Below, piece by piece: positions 59,690-60,193 of a stretch of 60,193 nt of DNA (the first letter of the stretch is position 1; every line of letters begins with the position of its first letter). The notes beneath the pieces are model-generated. The model searched no databases. It was not told the origin of the DNA and saw only the letters and a program-made list of their open reading frames with translations. This DNA is from a virus (lineage: Duplodnaviria > Caudoviricetes): the IMG/VR virus record IMGVR_UViG_3300012201_000003, positions 1-60,193 of that record; one strand, 5' to 3'. The position numbers were made by a program, and so were the translations under genes.

Positions 59690-60193
59690 GGCGGTTTCCC
59701 TCCCGCTGTCACGTTGGAGACCCGGTCACCCCCGGCCGCGCCCCGCGCCGTCACGTCCCCGCCGGCCGCCGCGACCCTCACCCCGCCGCCGCCGGCGAAA
59801 GCCCGGCCGTAGTACACGGCAGCCTGGGTGAGGGCGGTCACGCCCGGCGCCGTGGCGAGCGCCACTGCGGCCTGCGCGATCGCCCGTGCCGCCAGCAGCG
59901 CCGTGACGGCGGGAGCCGTGCCGGTGCCCTGCGCGAGGCCCGGCGCCGCTGTCCTGGCGGCCTGGCCAGTCGGGCCCGGCGCGGTCCCGGTCCCGGCAGC
60001 CAGCCCGGCGGCCACGGCGGCGGCGCCGGTCGCGGTCACAGCCGGCGCGGTCCCGGTCCCGGCGGCCGGGCCGGCCGCTGCGGCCTTGGTCACCTGGACG
60101 CCCGGAGCGGGCGCGGTGCCCGTTCCCTGAGCCGGGCCGGCGGCGGCGGCGAACGCGGTCTGCGCAGTGACGCCGGGCGCGGTGCCCGTGGCC
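59686..60193 (-). CDS. Ala/Gly/Thr repeat structural protein (5' end outside the window)
   Basis: Repeated AxGTGTAP units. Confidence 0.65.
   Translation of the reverse strand, partial: ATGTAPGVTAQTAFAAAAGPAQGTGTAPAPGVQVTKAAAAGPAAGTGTAPAVTATGAAAVAAGLAAGTGTAPGPTGQAARTAAPGLAQGTGTAPAVTALLAARAIAQAAVALATAPGVTALTQAAVYYGRAFAGGGGVRVAAAGGDVTARGAAGGDRVSNVTAGGKPP

Noticed and set aside
59686-60193. Non-coding tandem repeat
   Set aside because: Explained by in-frame AxGTGTAP protein repeats.

Overview
A very GC-rich, actinobacterial-type siphovirus (phage or prophage) segment, mostly on the minus strand. Annotation is by eye from motifs and gene order; no searches were run. From about 43 to 60 kb it carries head-tail connector, tail tube, frameshifted tail chaperones, tape measure with NlpC/P60, a giant GH26/Ig/Dit-like tail protein and the lysis genes. 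A plus-strand replication block at 37.6-42.8 kb holds an AAA helicase, an iteron-like repeat region, RuvC and a papain-like protease. The long leftward early/accessory region holds YqaJ exonuclease, intein-containing Bet, SPFH, HNH, J-domain, DUF932, two DNA methylases, WhiB, Lsr2, a HAD phosphatase and a plasmid-type TraA/TraB/SpdA-like conjugation set. Highlights: (1) a circularly permuted tRNA-like (YrlA/Y-RNA-like) module in a ~330-nt structured non-coding region behind a helical protein, with no Ro60 gene in view; (2) a Gly-Gly-tailed protein coupled to a Cys-x-His-Pro partner, a possible ubiquitin-like pair; (3) an unannotated 29-aa, 9-Cys metallothionein-like microprotein; (4) a Gln-ending LAGLIDADG intein in Bet; (5) a CTGGAGAGG start-associated motif repeated across the early region. 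No integrase, capsid, portal or terminase is seen in the window.
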